A stretch of 64,000 bases of DNA from Paraphysomonas bandaiensis (GCA_965644295.1 CBFFRP010000185.1:62001-126000), one strand, 5' to 3'. Numbered from the stretch's first letter, positions 28,230 through 41,320 are shown. Program-made: numbers and translations. The notes: generated by a model from the letters alone, not told the origin.

Positions 28230-29097
28230 TCGAACGTGTGTGGAGGGTGTGAGCCCTTCAGGGCAATTCTCGTTTAGTCAGGTCAGGGGGACGTCCTTTG
28301 GGAAGAGGGCTCCACAGGATTTTGGGGGGTACAGGATTCTGTATTAGGTAATGAGCGTACCGAGCGTGAGAGACATGGGTTGAGGCGTAGGCCTTGGTTA
28401 GGTTTAGTTAGGCACTGGATCATCATGAGGAGACACAGTTCGCAATTTGGACATGGGGCGCAGTAATAACTGGCGGAGACGCCGACGCTGCGGTTCGGTA
28501 ATGTGGGGGTGAGGAGGCTGCAGCAAAAATAGGTTGGAGGAGCGCGAAACCTTCGCGAGTTCAGAGAGCAGTGGTATTACACCCTAAGCAAACAAGTTCC
28601 TGCTCGATAGTGATTCCAGACTTGTTATAGCGTCCAGGACTGTTCTCATGAATCATTAAATCCCGGGTACACTCTCATGGACGTGAACTACAATCTCCAC
28701 CAATACAAGCTTCGAAATCATGCCAACAAAATAATCTGCGTTTCCCTTTATTGAAACGATCACGAGAAGTAGAAGATTATTGCTCAGCTGTAATACACAT
28801 GCCACAATCTAAAGGTGTAAAGTAGTCAGAGACAGTTGAACATAAAGTAGTCAGAGAAAGATGAGAATATCTATTGCAGATGTACACAAGACACAATAAT
28901 AATTAGTGGTTTACCAAAACTGCTACAAAAATGTCAGTCAACTCTTATTCAAAACGGTATCTCACAGAGCCTAAACAGCATTCAAAGACACATTCTAAAC
29001 AGTACAGCTATTGTCCACGAAATCACAGAGATATAATTCATCTAAATAGTGTTCTACATCTTGAATAAATATTGTGAACCTAGCACACAGTATTGAG

Positions 29098-30003
29098 TCA
29101 ACTTACGTCGGTCTCATCTAACTGACGTTCTACATCTTGGATAAATTCTGCAAACCTGGTTGGCTGTTCTAAAGGACCAAAATGGCTCACATCATCCCAC
29201 TGTACAAACTTAGAATCAGGGATTAGCTGTGCAATTTTAGCTGCTACTGCAGACATCTGATAGGTCTCTTTTCTTCCACTCATGATCCACACTGGCACAG
29301 AAATGTTGTGCAGACTATCCCATGTGTTGTGCAGGTGACCTGTATTGTATATACTCGCTTCAACATCTGGTAAACAACGCAACTGGACACAAGATTCATC
29401 TGCATTTCCACTCGAAACCGTTTCAAAGCCATGCATAACATAATCTTTTACGACACCAGGGGCAAATGTATTCATGGGTGGTTTGGAGGTAAAGTTCGTA
29501 ATCGCATGGGCAAAGGAAGGAAATTGCATACGGCGCTTACGAGCCATTTCCGCAAGAGGCATTTCTTTTGTGAAACTCCTTAGTCTACCTCCCATGCGCC
29601 ACAAAAGTGGCATAATAACTGGTTCATATAACACCAGTCCACTAAATTTCTCGGGATATTTGAGTGATGCCAATATCAAGGACGTAGCACCCATAGAATG
29701 CCCAATGCCAATTATTTTCTCAGAACTGTGGTTCACAATATCATCCGACACATGAACGATGTCTTCACCGAATCTTTCCCACTTAAGCACTTCATCATTG
29801 TTCCATCCTGATGAGCCGTGTCCGCGATGGTCCAGAGAGACACAGTTGAACTGATCCGTCAAGTGGCGTATGGTGGAGTCAAACACACGACCATGAAATC
29901 CAGTGGCGTGTGAAAACAGCAGCAATCTCTTGTATTTGTCCGGGTGCGCGTACTCGTGAAGAGCCAGAGCAACCCCATCTGATGCAATGATTTTACGTAA
30001 CAT
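29098..30003 (-). CDS. Alpha/beta hydrolase fold protein (Abhydrolase_6-like), intronless
   Basis: HATGF oxyanion motif, DHRGHG, nucleophile elbow GHSMG and C-terminal catalytic His in VSHFGPLEQP. Confidence 0.9.
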   Translation of the reverse strand: MLRKIIASDGVALALHEYAHPDKYKRLLLFSHATGFHGRVFDSTIRHLTDQFNCVSLDHRGHGSSGWNNDEVLKWERFGEDIVHVSDDIVNHSSEKIIGIGHSMGATSLILASLKYPEKFSGLVLYEPVIMPLLWRMGGRLRSFTKEMPLAEMARKRRMQFPSFAHAITNFTSKPPMNTFAPGVVKDYVMHGFETVSSGNADESCVQLRCLPDVEASIYNTGHLHNTWDSLHNISVPVWIMSGRKETYQMSAVAAKIAQLIPDSKFVQWDDVSHFGPLEQPTRFAEFIQDVERQLDETDVS

Positions 30004-30164
30004 GATGCTGATCGCTGATAGTGTGGTGTAGTTATCTCCAGGAGAACTAGTTCGAGGTCACCATATCTGATGAGAGTGTGAAGTAAGGGATCGGATGGTG
30101 TTCAGTGGTATGATGAGGCTCAGTGATTCGGAATATTCATCATCAGCTCTTAAGAGAACCACAT

Positions 30165-30252
30165 ACCGTACACACACACCGTACACACACACCGTACACA
30201 CACACCGTACACACACACACCGTACACACACACCGTACACACACACCGTACA
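30165..30252. repeat. Compound microsatellite (CCGT(AC)n)
   Basis: About 7 units of CCGTACACACACA, in the divergent gap between the hydrolase and GPCR genes. Confidence 0.9.
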
Positions 30253-30591
30253 CGTGCAGCATACCATACACATCCTGCTGTACTTGTACTGATGCTGTAT
30301 ACAGCTGTAGTCTACTATACACTATCGTATTTCTGATTGCGATGTTGTACGTACAGCAGCATGTGTACGTATGTTACAGTTGGTGAGTCATACACGAGAG
30401 TGTACACAGAGGGGCTCGCTCGAGCTATCGCTCATCTCCACTGTGCAATCTATTCATCATCGTGTAGTTGCACGCATCTTCAGCGCCCATCTTCGTACAG
30501 GTCATATATATTTAACTGTCAACTAGACGGCCATATGCGCCTCTTCCACTGACCGTTCATCATTAAATAGAGGGCTTATCTTGTCGTTAGA

Positions 30592-32042
30592 ATGTTATAT
30601 TTCACCCTCCTGTCATTGCGTGTGTCGTGCGTGCTGTCTATAATCGGCTCCGCTATAGTTATGGCTGTCTGCAACTACACGAGATCAGGAGAGAAACAGA
30701 AAGGGAGACAACTCATATTCTGGCTCTCTTTCGCTGATTTTGGTTCTTCGTTAGTCTACTTCCTGTCGAGCTTCGAAACTAATAATGCGGAAACATCACC
30801 TCTTTGTCAGACATATGCCCTCCTCGGCATATTCTTTCCTGTTGCAAGTTTTCTGTGGACCGATTTCATTGCTTACTATTTATATACTATGATTGTCTCA
30901 CGTCAAACTAAAGTGGAAGCTGAATGGAAAGTTGTAATGACCGTTTTCCATGTGCTATCTTGGGGAATTAGTGCCATTTGCATCACACTAGTGGGTGCTT
31001 TTGGCCACGCTGGACGGCAGGGTTCAGATGGCGCGAATAATAATACTGGTGGATGGTGCTGGGTTCGAGCATCCGACAAAACTCTTATATTTTGGGAACT
31101 GATTGGCGGTAAATTTGTGGAATGGACCTCCTGCTTTATCATCCTACCTTATTTGTACTTTGTGACAGCCAAGACATTAATTAATTTGGATCGGTCCTGG
31201 ACGCGCTTCTTAGGTGGTAGTCCCCAACAGCCAGAGAGAGAAACTATGTGGCAGACTCTCACGCGCCGCTCCTCATCCGTCCGCAATGCATTAGTAAATC
31301 TAATCAAACATGAAAATGAGTTGGGAGTTCCACTTGCCACTGTATCTAATCAGAACGAAAATACTACCGTATCGAATACTCCGTCGCCTACAATATCAAG
31401 CAATGCAGTAGGGAGTACAGTTCCAACACCACAGCTTAGCGCAGACAGTTCCTCCACCAATTCAAGGAACGTGGAAATGAATAAACCTAAGTTTAAAAAA
31501 TTTTATTCCAAGATGGTATGTGTGTATGTCGCTTGTATTTTTGTGTAACAAGGTATTTGTAGGCCTTGGTTCCAGTATTATTCTGTTTTGTGCGAATATG
31601 GGGATCGATACGAGTAGTAATATACGCTACAACATCGAATGATAGCCCTGCTGCTGAAGCTGCAGATGGGTGGCTGCACACAATGCAGGCTATTTTCGAT
31701 CCATCTCAAGGGTTTGCTAATGCCCTTTTATTTGTCTTTTTATCTTCCAAAAATATGAACCACTTGTGGAGAGTTGTAGAATCTTCACCGTTTTATGTTA
31801 GTGTGCGGTCATCTCAGTGTGTAGTTGCAGTTTGTGGAAAATATACGCCCCCTGTTGGTTCTCCTGCAGCGAAAGGTAGTGTTGATATTTGTGGGTCTCA
31901 ACAACTTACTAGTAGCCACTTCGGAGACGGTTTCGCTAGTGAATCATATTATAGTGAAGATGAATATATGAGCGAGGGGAAAATTTTGGAACGTGGCGAA
32001 CACCCGACACCGAGTTATGACGACTGGCTAGAGGACGCATAA
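30592..32042 (+). CDS. Seven-transmembrane GPCR, cAMP-receptor-like/GCR1-like family, 2 exons
   Basis: SIIGS in TM1, RQLIFWLSFADF, LCQTYA, ASFLWTDFIAYYLY, GWCW and PSQGFANALLF. Intron 31516-31562. Confidence 0.85.
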
Positions 32043-33734
32043 AGTACACGGAAGAGATTATTGTGGAGCGCGAATATTTTTACCGAATAGTAGTGGCAGA
32101 CGTTGTATTGTATATATTTGTGAATAACGTATAAAGTAATCCATCCTCCTTATTTCTATATATCTAGGGTAAGCGAGGGTGGTTTCTGGGAATATTACGT
32201 TTTGTGTTTCCTATTTATACGACTTCGTAGCTTGTTATTTGAAATGAAGTGTTCTGTATCATTTGTTGAAGTGCAACATGCTACGGTGTAATAATAGAAT
32301 GAGAATATTTCTGGTCCAATTAATGATCTACTTTAAACTTAAAATGATTCATGGTACACGAAATTATTTCAGTAAATCACAAGGGGAGAGAGAGATAACA
32401 CTAAATTTATCCGCGACAGTGCCAATTGCTTTATATTTAAGTCCCGTTCGGGAAATCGAGTTGATTTTTGAGCTCTGTAGTTTCCACTGCACTTTCATAG
32501 TGTTTTGAGTAGAAACACGAAACAAATTCTGTTTTTTTTTTCCAATTGATAAACATATTTTGCTTTCGGTACAATATTGGTTTTGACATATCGTTTTTCA
32601 GTAGAAGTCGAAACACAAATCAGAGATCCATTGGCGTGTAGCCCGTATAGTATAGTGGGCCACATTACCCTGGGATGGTGGATAGCATATATAGCATTAC
32701 CAAATTTTGCAGACAGCTCTGCACTATGCCATTATCCATCATCATAATATATATGTTCTCGTGAGGAATGACACTCGATGGGGTTATATATATACCATAC
32801 CCTAAAGATATTTGGAGTTGGCAGGAGATCTGGGCAGGTGCAATTTTGGCAATAGAGGTCACGGATTTTTCTCTATTAATGAGAATTTATCCCTAATGCA
32901 GTGATACATGCGAAATTAGAGAGCTTGAAAGCGGAGTTAAGAGAATTGGAAAAAGATTCCATGATTCTCCAGAAAGATGGCGCCGAACAGGGCCAATCTT
33001 AGTTTTTTATATTCAATACTTTAATCAGAAATTTCCTAGTACTATAGCCACCACCTTGGTGCGGATGCTAACATAATTATGAATCAGACCTTCTAAAATG
33101 CTGTTGGATAGTACTCTCGGTCTACCTGAGAAGGCGCAGCTCAAACGCAGCCCTGATTGCGGCGGTACACATATGCATGTACTCTGCAAGGCGATATTGG
33201 AGTAGATAAGATATTAAGAAGTTTTTATATGGTTCTATCTTAGCTTTTTGTGGAAACGTGGAAACATTTCTAGTATTAGCTGTAGAAAAATAGGCACGGA
33301 AGATACAGATTATTAAAAACAGCAGATTTTACAACAAATATGTTGCGGTTAGAAGGTTCAGGTGCACTTTCTTATCTCTCTTATGCTTGTAGACGAGGAG
33401 GTTAAGGCTATTAATGACACTCATGGTGATGCTCAAACACCCGTTTCTGTGTTGCATACAGTGCTACGTGTACTGAGTATATACTATTATTTTCAATTGC
33501 AATAATTATGGCTTATAGTTGATACAGAAGAAAAGTATAGTATTAAGAACTACAGCAATTTAAATGACACAATTTAATAATACCAATGTTACTGCACGAC
33601 ATTGTTTTCTATCCCTAGTTTGTGGACTTAGCTGAATTAGTACAGCTCTATGTCGCACCCATTGAAGCACATAGCATTATAATGCTATGTATGTTCAAGT
33701 GGATATTACTTAGTTACTGATAAGAAGTCTGAAC

Positions 33735-34212
33735 CTTCAACAAAGTCGGACTCGCACCTTTTCGAGGTGTTCTGGGGGATAAGTACCGGAGAGATTCTCT
33801 CTGGGAAACTAACGTGGGCCGCAAACATAGACAGCAGATATTGGTCTGCCCACTCATAGCCAAATGCTTGTGTGGTACAAGGGACACCAATAAGTGTCAC
33901 TTGTGTAGACGTCTTTGGGCCCTGACGCCTGACGAATAAACAGGCATCCGGGAATGGGCCCACCTCAAGGGTAACCGGGGTATTGGGCTGCCTGCTGAAA
34001 TCAAGCATCCAGAATGTTCACCTTTTAAGAACTCAGAGCGGAAGTGGTCGCACCTTGGTGCTTGCGGCGACGCACAAGCAGCTTCCGTAGCGTTAAATAG
34101 TAGGATAAAAAAAGTGTGTACTGATTAGTAACAGGTAGAGGTCTAACTAATTTGTCTAGCATTTATCTAGCTACTAAGTTGGTGCAGGTTTTTAACGCCT
34201 ATTGCTAATAAT
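33735..34212 (-). repeat. R1 full-length A+B copy (~480 bp), probable non-autonomous mobile element
   Basis: This is the best preserved copy. It is highly similar to 44338-44694 over the shared part and to 25862-26510. Confidence 0.9.
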
Positions 34213-34414
34213 AAGACTTTCAATATATATAAGAAGTCTGAAAAATGTAGCTCATGTAAATATCTAACTTTACATTTCAGTGGATAGAGACATCATACTT
34301 TACTTCTCGTTGATTACCGTCACCGAACAGCAGTTTGGACGCAACAGGTGGTACACCAAATGAAACACAAAAACTAACAGCATAAAGCTTACGATTTTGC
34401 CATCATTATTAGAA

Positions 34415-34872
34415 CTACAACAGGTCGCTGTCATCATCGTCGTCGTCATCGTCGAAATCGAACTTACGTCTCTGAATGGTGACTTTCTTAATACCAGTGT
34501 CGCCGCTATCACTAATTTTATCTAGCATCTCAATAAGCTGCTCTTCAGTCACCTGATTCAATCACAAAAATCATAAGATAGCCTCCCTCATATGTAGTCA
34601 ATGTATACCTTCCCTCTGAGCTGTCCTGAGGTGGCCGCTTGAATTAAAGTGTGTTCGACGCGCTCCGCTTTCTCTTTCTTTACAATTTTAAGTCGAAGAA
34701 TGCGATCTTTCGCTGCAGGTTCTAATATTTGGTCTAAAATACTCATTTTCTGCTCTTCCATAGCTGCTTCCTGATATGACAGAGCTCAACGACAAAACCA
34801 TACACAGTGCGGCGCGGCATCTACCTGCTGCTTGCGCATCTGCAATTCTTCGATGTTTGGAATATCCTCCAT
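34415..34872 (-). CDS. PDCD5: Programmed cell death protein 5 (dsDNA-binding domain), 3 exons
   Basis: Spliced MEDIPNIEELQMRKQQ/EAAMEEQKMSILDQILEPAAKDRILRLKIVKKEKAERVEHTLIQAATSGQLRGK/VTEEQLIEMLDKIS...KKVTIQRRKFDFDDDDDDDSDLL*. Confidence 0.9.
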
Positions 34873-35380
34873 GATGAGATAACGTAATTAAATGATTCCG
34901 CTTAATACAAGTAGATATAATGGTCGCGACAAAGTAATAATGTAGTGATGTTGTGTTATGGTAATGTGCCGTACAGAGCATAGATATCATCTGCAAACAC
35001 TGCTGTTTGTAGTGAAACCAAACAATTCCCGTATCACGGATATCGAACCGTCTAAACATTCCTGTACATGTATAGCTTTTTGTGTAAAAGTTCTCGAATG
35101 ATTTTGAAACAATAAACTTGATGCTAAAAACTGAACATACGGCTGACTCTTTATGATACGGCAGGTGTAGCCGGGCATCGAAAATGAGCGAATTTTTAAA
35201 GGAACATTTTTGACAGTTTGACTGAAGTGAGGAGCTGCACAGCACGCACACACTCTTGTGTATCGTCCAGGTACGAATCAACTGCTAGTGATACATATCG
35301 ATACACATATATCTGCATCTCCTATTTGCGGTAAATATTTATATATACTTCCCGTCAACTGGCCAATCTGTGTCTACATT

Positions 35381-36181
35381 ATGTCGAAACGTGATTACGA
35401 TCATTTGTTTAAGGTAATCCAGTTCTTTATGGGATATTTTCTCATAGTAGGTTGCAGCTGGTCCTTATTGGAGATTCAGGCGTTGGGAAGTCATGTTTGT
35501 TGTTGCGATTTGCCGATGATGCCTTCACTGAGAGTTATATCAGTACTATCGGAGTTGATTTCGTAAGTGACTGAATTTATTAGATGTTTGACTTTTTTAT
35601 TTCTTCGTTAGCGCTTTCGTACAGTGAAAGTGGAGAAGAAGACTGTCAAATTACAGATTGTAAGTACTTTATTGTAACTGTAGTAACGTTTATTCTTTTA
35701 TTCTTTGTCAGTGGGATACTGCTGGTCAAGAACGATTTAGAACTATCACAAGCGCATACTACAGAGGGGCAGATGGCATAATTATGGTCTACGATGTCAC
35801 AAATCAGGAATCATTTGACCATGTAAATGACTGGCTGAGTGAAGTTAATAGATATGCCTCAGAAGGCACATGCAAATTATTAGTTGGAAATAAGAGCGAT
35901 AAATCTGATAAAGTAGTTTCCAGCGAAAAGGCTCGGGTATGTAATGGTGTTATATCAGATTAAACTAGTTAATTTCCACAAAGGCATTCGCAGAAAGTCT
36001 GGGCATCCCATTTCTTGAGACTTCGGCGAAAAATGCTTCGAATGTGGAAGAGGCTTTTCTGACTATGACTTCTGAGCTGATCAAAATGAGGGAAACCAAG
36101 GGTACGAGCACTGCTGGTCCAGATACAGTGAAAGTCAGATCTACTACTGGCAATACTAAAGCAAGTGGTGGTTGCTGCTAG
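35381..36181 (+). CDS. RAB1: Rab1/Ypt1 small GTPase, 5 exons
   Basis: [46 protein letters not shown]/.../[20 protein letters not shown]...GNKSD...ETSAK...GGCC*. Confidence 0.95.
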
Positions 36182-36886
36182 ATTAAAAGTGTATGCCAGT
36201 GCGTACGTTGAAGTTTTCCGTTACCATGTGATGCGAAATGTAAATTTTGATTGATGAGAATCTAGTGTTTGAATACGCGAATTTACACGCGATGTGACTG
36301 ATTATATTCGGTATCGTTAATAATGTGTTTCTAAGCAGATTAGACTACTATTAAATTTACTTTGTTATTAAGCTAGAGGCTCACGTGTTTGGCATTTGAA
36401 AATTATTTTTGCAGTAACCATTGTCAGTATTTTCATCTAGCTGTGCTGAGCCAAAATGGGACGTCGTCCATGAAGTAAGGTGTAGAAGTAAGAGAGGTAC
36501 AAGGATGCTCATAGCTCATACACTCCTGACCACTTTATACAATTATTCGACACGCGTTTTCAGAATTTTAATTCTTTTGTTCAGATGATTATGCTTAGGG
36601 TTAATTATTATCTGTGTATAGCGAAGGAAGAAAACAAGTGAGTATTCTAATACTGTTTTGATTTTGTCGTCGATGTGTGCATCACTAACAACCTATTTTA
36701 TAATTCAATCAACACTAAAATATATGAAAATATATTTCAATTACTTTGATGCATAATATCCCATTCGCAAACAGCACAGGAGTTTAGGAGGCGCAATATT
36801 ACAACACACTAAAAGTAATGTTAGTATTCTAGTACTAGCCTAACTACTATTGAAATATACACTATGGTTATCTATGTATACATCAT

Positions 36887-38100
36887 CTATGTCACCGAGG
36901 ACGCCCTAGCTCGAAAGTTGCTGATGGAAAAACTGGAATTTCTAGACGACATGGAAGAACTCGAATTATGTGCCTCTGCATCCCATACATTCGATGCCGT
37001 ATCAGTTGTTACACGTAATGGTCCCATAACAGTCCCAAAAAATGATGGACTCTCACCCTTTTGTTTCGTAATAGTATTTTCCTTTTGTTGCGACGTAGTA
37101 GGTGTGTGTATTTTCTTATTGCGCAGGGCAAAGAGGAGAAATATGAGAGCCAATGCCACAGTGATACCGAGACCATCAGAAAGCCTACACCCCGGGGGTA
37201 TATCTTCGTAATGTCCTCCTAAGAAAGCCGACAATATTATGTGCATCATAAATAAGTTATTATGCTGGGTATAATTTAATATCACACATCCCAAAAGCAC
37301 AATCACATATTAGCTAAGTTAATTACAATATAACTCACCAGGGTTTTTATCTCTAGAATTAATTTCAGGCTGGCAACCTATAAATGTATTCTTTTCCATT
37401 ATACCTGGACAAAAAATCAATAAAACAGGATTTATTAATCCTAATTGACAAATACCTGCTTCTATTGTTATTACTGCAAACACTAAGGACATTTTACCAA
37501 AGAATATATGGTACGGAGCATAAAGCTTCCGCATCGCTCCACTGGCATAAGGTAATACAAAGTGACACAATCCCAGGATGTCATTCTGAAATAAAAGAAT
37601 ACTTGTTGCGATACCCAACCACGAGTGCAGGGTGACGAAGTGCGGGTTTTCGTCATTATCTTTGGCTTCCCAAGCAGCACGCAGACCTACAGTAATGCAT
37701 ATCTTGGCACCTAAGTGAAAGAACACATGCAAATTCCGTGATGTGCTGTTGAAATCGGATAAGAACAGGATTTAGGAGATTTAACGTGTACCTGTATTTT
37801 TGGACTTTCATTCGGAAAGCTGTAATACTCCACCCAGTGCAGCACACTATACCAGCTATCATCATGACCGGGTGCCTGCAAACGACATTATCACAAAAAC
37901 ACTGCATATTCATATACTTACCAATTAAATACATTTTTATTCCAGTCTAACCCCCCGAGATAACCGTCGGTGATGCTTTCTCGTGTAGCCCATATGATCA
38001 CCAAAATTAACGATACCATTGCAAAAGCTCTTCCCAAAACTAGTGTTAAATTTTCAATCCATATCGGCTGCGCGCCACTCCTATCTGATCGATCGCTCAT
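36887..38100 (-). CDS. Cytochrome b561 family (ascorbate-dependent) membrane protein, multi-exon
   Basis: FNW/HPVMM, heme-ligand motifs HVFFH, HFVTLHSWLG and PYHIFFG, and GIMEK. Six hydrophobic segments. Confidence 0.88.
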
Positions 38101-38741
38101 GACGCCAGCAATGCTTTATAGTAGACACTTCTTAAAGGATCGATAGGATATCAAAATACAGGGAGATGGATAGTTCCATTCTATCGTGCATTTTATAATT
38201 AATATGTCTGGACTTGTAAGATGCGATACTGCTGCTTTATACGATACTTAACAGTTTGTATGTACATGTATGTGACACTGCTGGCCGGTCGGCCGACAGA
38301 ACTGTTGATAGATACTGCCGCTGTACACCGTACAGTACGTAGTACTGTACTGCTGGAATGTGTATTGCGTATACGGGGTGGGTATACGGGGTATTCTGTT
38401 GTAGGGCGCATATAACTGTTGGAGTGGGAAGAGGGGAGATTTTGGAATTCTGCCACACTTGACGATACACTGTACTGCTGTATACCGTACTGGTTTTTGT
38501 TGTGTGTGATACACTCTGCATCCATACGTATACAGCAGTATGTCTACATTATACAGACGCAGACAAGTTTCTCATGCGACCAGCACTGATAAGCTCATTG
38601 ATTACACTACTCTGGTTTTAGTCGTTGTTGGAAGACTATCACCGGATTTACCCTAGTAGTATTTCGCTGTATCATCTATTGATCCTGTGTATCGTGGAGT
38701 AATTGTGTTGTGGGTATATTTAGTTGCTCAGAGCGTCAGCT

Positions 38742-40692
38742 ATGTCTTATCAAAGGTTAGAGTATACAGACATTACATCAATTGCAATATTCTGATGTGT
38801 GATATTAGGAAATTTACACTTGATGATCATGACTACAGTGATGATTCTGATTATGGTCGCAAGCATGTGAGGGGACCTAGACGATCCCATTCTCCGGACT
38901 ACTCTGATGACGATCATTATGACCGCGCACGTACACGAACCGTGAAAAGGGCAACATCCCGATCTGGATCCCGAAATGAAGATAGATACTATAATGAATC
39001 TGACGACGATGATGAGGGATGCTACCATCGTCGACCGGTTCGGTCTAGCCGCAGCAATCGGTTCGATGATGACGTTCGAGGTTCAAGAGAAAAGACATCT
39101 TTTGCTCCGCGCCGAATGAATAACAATGACATAATCCCTTCAAGTCGACCATCTACTGCCAACTCTGTTCCTTCATCCGCTTGGGGAGATGTTCGTCGAG
39201 ATTCTTGGGCTGAAAAAGAAAATGACCGCCCTGATGAACCTGTTAGTAAACCGTGGACTCGAGCAAGAGCCCCTCCCAGTGCGCCACATGAGCCTATTAG
39301 GCGCTCCAGGGATGAACCGCGCGACTATCGCACACGGAATGGTATGTACAGCGACCGGGAAGCTTCAAGTGGGGAAGATAATGAGATGAGTCCCGATGAT
39401 GTTCCCCCTCGTAGGCGCCCACCTCGGGGAGGTAGAGGTGAACGCCACGAATCCGGACGAGGCACGGACAACTACGGGGAGGTGCGTGATTCCAGAGAGC
39501 CTCCCCGCTCAGATAGAAGAAATGATCGATATGGACCTTCCAGAGGTAGGGATGGGGATGACCGGGAGGTCAGGGATTCCAGAGAATCACCCCGCATAGA
39601 CAGGATGTCATCGGACGGTAGTTTCTACGAAAATGTTGCAGCAACTCATATCGTGGGTAGCCGAGATGAAGGGTCAGTTGGAGCCACTTCTTACAGACGC
39701 AGGGCAGATACCGACGGTACATCTAATGATATTGAAGATTTGTCTACTTATTCAGATGATGGTGCGGATCACATTAAGGACGATGGAGACAGCAAGCGTA
39801 GGGGACACGACTCTAGCAGGGATCTCTTAAAACAGTCGAGCATCCCGTTCGTACAGTTAAGCCCTGCAAATGGTGGGGCCACGGACATGGTGCAGTGCTT
39901 GATTGTACGAGAACGGGGTAGTATTGGCAGCAAGCTCTACCCTTCCTACAAGCTTTTTCTTGAGGATAAAAATAAACTCTTGCTGATTGGAAGAAAAATG
40001 AATTTCAACAGCACTTCCAACTACCACGTCTTTGATATGACCCGTGGATCTGCCAGTAAGAAGATGACAAAAAAGAGTGGTAACTATATGGGGAAGCTCC
40101 GAGCACATGATACTAACAGGTGTGTCTACTCATATATATGAACAAGCTTAGATACATGATAGTTACTTTGTGTTCCTCAGACGATCAATTTTGTGTTGCT
40201 CATAGTTAGTTGTATATCTTTAGGACGGAGTATGCGCTCGTTACTCGTAAAGAGGAACGTGAAGAAATTGCTGCGATTGTCTTTGATCGTGTGGGGATAG
40301 TTAACCAGATCAAGGAAGGCTGTCAGCCACGTAAGATGTCCGTACTTCTGCCCCAGCTGAACGCTGAGTCTCAGCCGATTCCACACAAGGTAACCGATGC
40401 GGTTGGGCGGAAGAAGTCAATGGTGGATATGCTTCGCAAGCAAGAGACGGGACGTATGTTCCTTCTCACGTCGAAGGAACCCGTCTTTGAGAATGGAAAC
40501 TATCGGTTGAACTTTCATGGACGAGTTAGTGTACCTTCTGTGAAGAATTTCCAGCTGTCCTCGCCTGATGACCCCTCTCATGTTATTTGCCAATTTGGAA
40601 AGATCGGTGAAGACCGGTTTCATCTGGACTACAAGGCTCCTCTTAATGCGTTTCAAGCATTTAGTTTGGCGCTCTGTCACTTCGATACGTGA
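38742..40692 (+). CDS. Tubby-like protein with long Arg/Asp-rich disordered N-terminus, 3 exons
   Basis: C-terminal Tub domain: VQCLIVRER...LYPSY...YMGKLR...[17 protein letters not shown]...[32 protein letters not shown]. Confidence 0.92.
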
Positions 40693-41320
40693 TCGTTGTG
40701 GATCACTACTGTACGGCTTGCACTCATGTTGCTGCTCTTGTGATTCCGAACATCTTCTTTTATCGTTGTTGTGTTGTTATTTATCGCAGTGTGTGGCTAT
40801 AGTGCTACGCCCATTGTCATGCGTTAACACTCTCCCCCTTCATCATTTATGTTCAATTGACCATATGTCACTGTTGTCGTACGGACACGCTTCAGCGCCT
40901 TCAATGGTAGATGTATATTTGCCCTCTTGTGACTGTGGATGTCATAATAAGCTAACACCAATTATTACTGTGTTTATACTGCCACCCTCCGAAGTTATAT
41001 ATAAGCAATTGATAGATCACGTTAATGAATTGCTTACATTTGGCACCTACCACACCTAACGTACAACTAGAGTGTAAATTAACTAAAGTAAACGAATGCT
41101 CTTTTCAGGTTCAATCAATGTTTGAGACTTTATATCATCAGAAAAGCAACATCGGTACATAGAACGTATCATGCAAGTTGCGATTAAATTGATTGTTTGG
41201 ATTGATAAGAGTAAGCTATATCAAAGACAATAGCATAGCATATTATACATTGAATTATCTTATTATTGAAATATCAATGCTAATTACAAAATTATACAGA
41301 ACTGCAAAATACACCCCTCC

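Noticed and set aside
29050-29160. Short duplicate of the hydrolase 3' end (GTTCTACATCTTG x2)
   Set aside because: It is only about 35 bp and diverged, too short to assign a function.
32978-32995. TGGCGCCGAACAGGG resembling a tRNA-Lys primer-binding site
   Set aside because: The match is imperfect, there is no adjacent LTR end (CA) or gag/pol, and it is probably chance.
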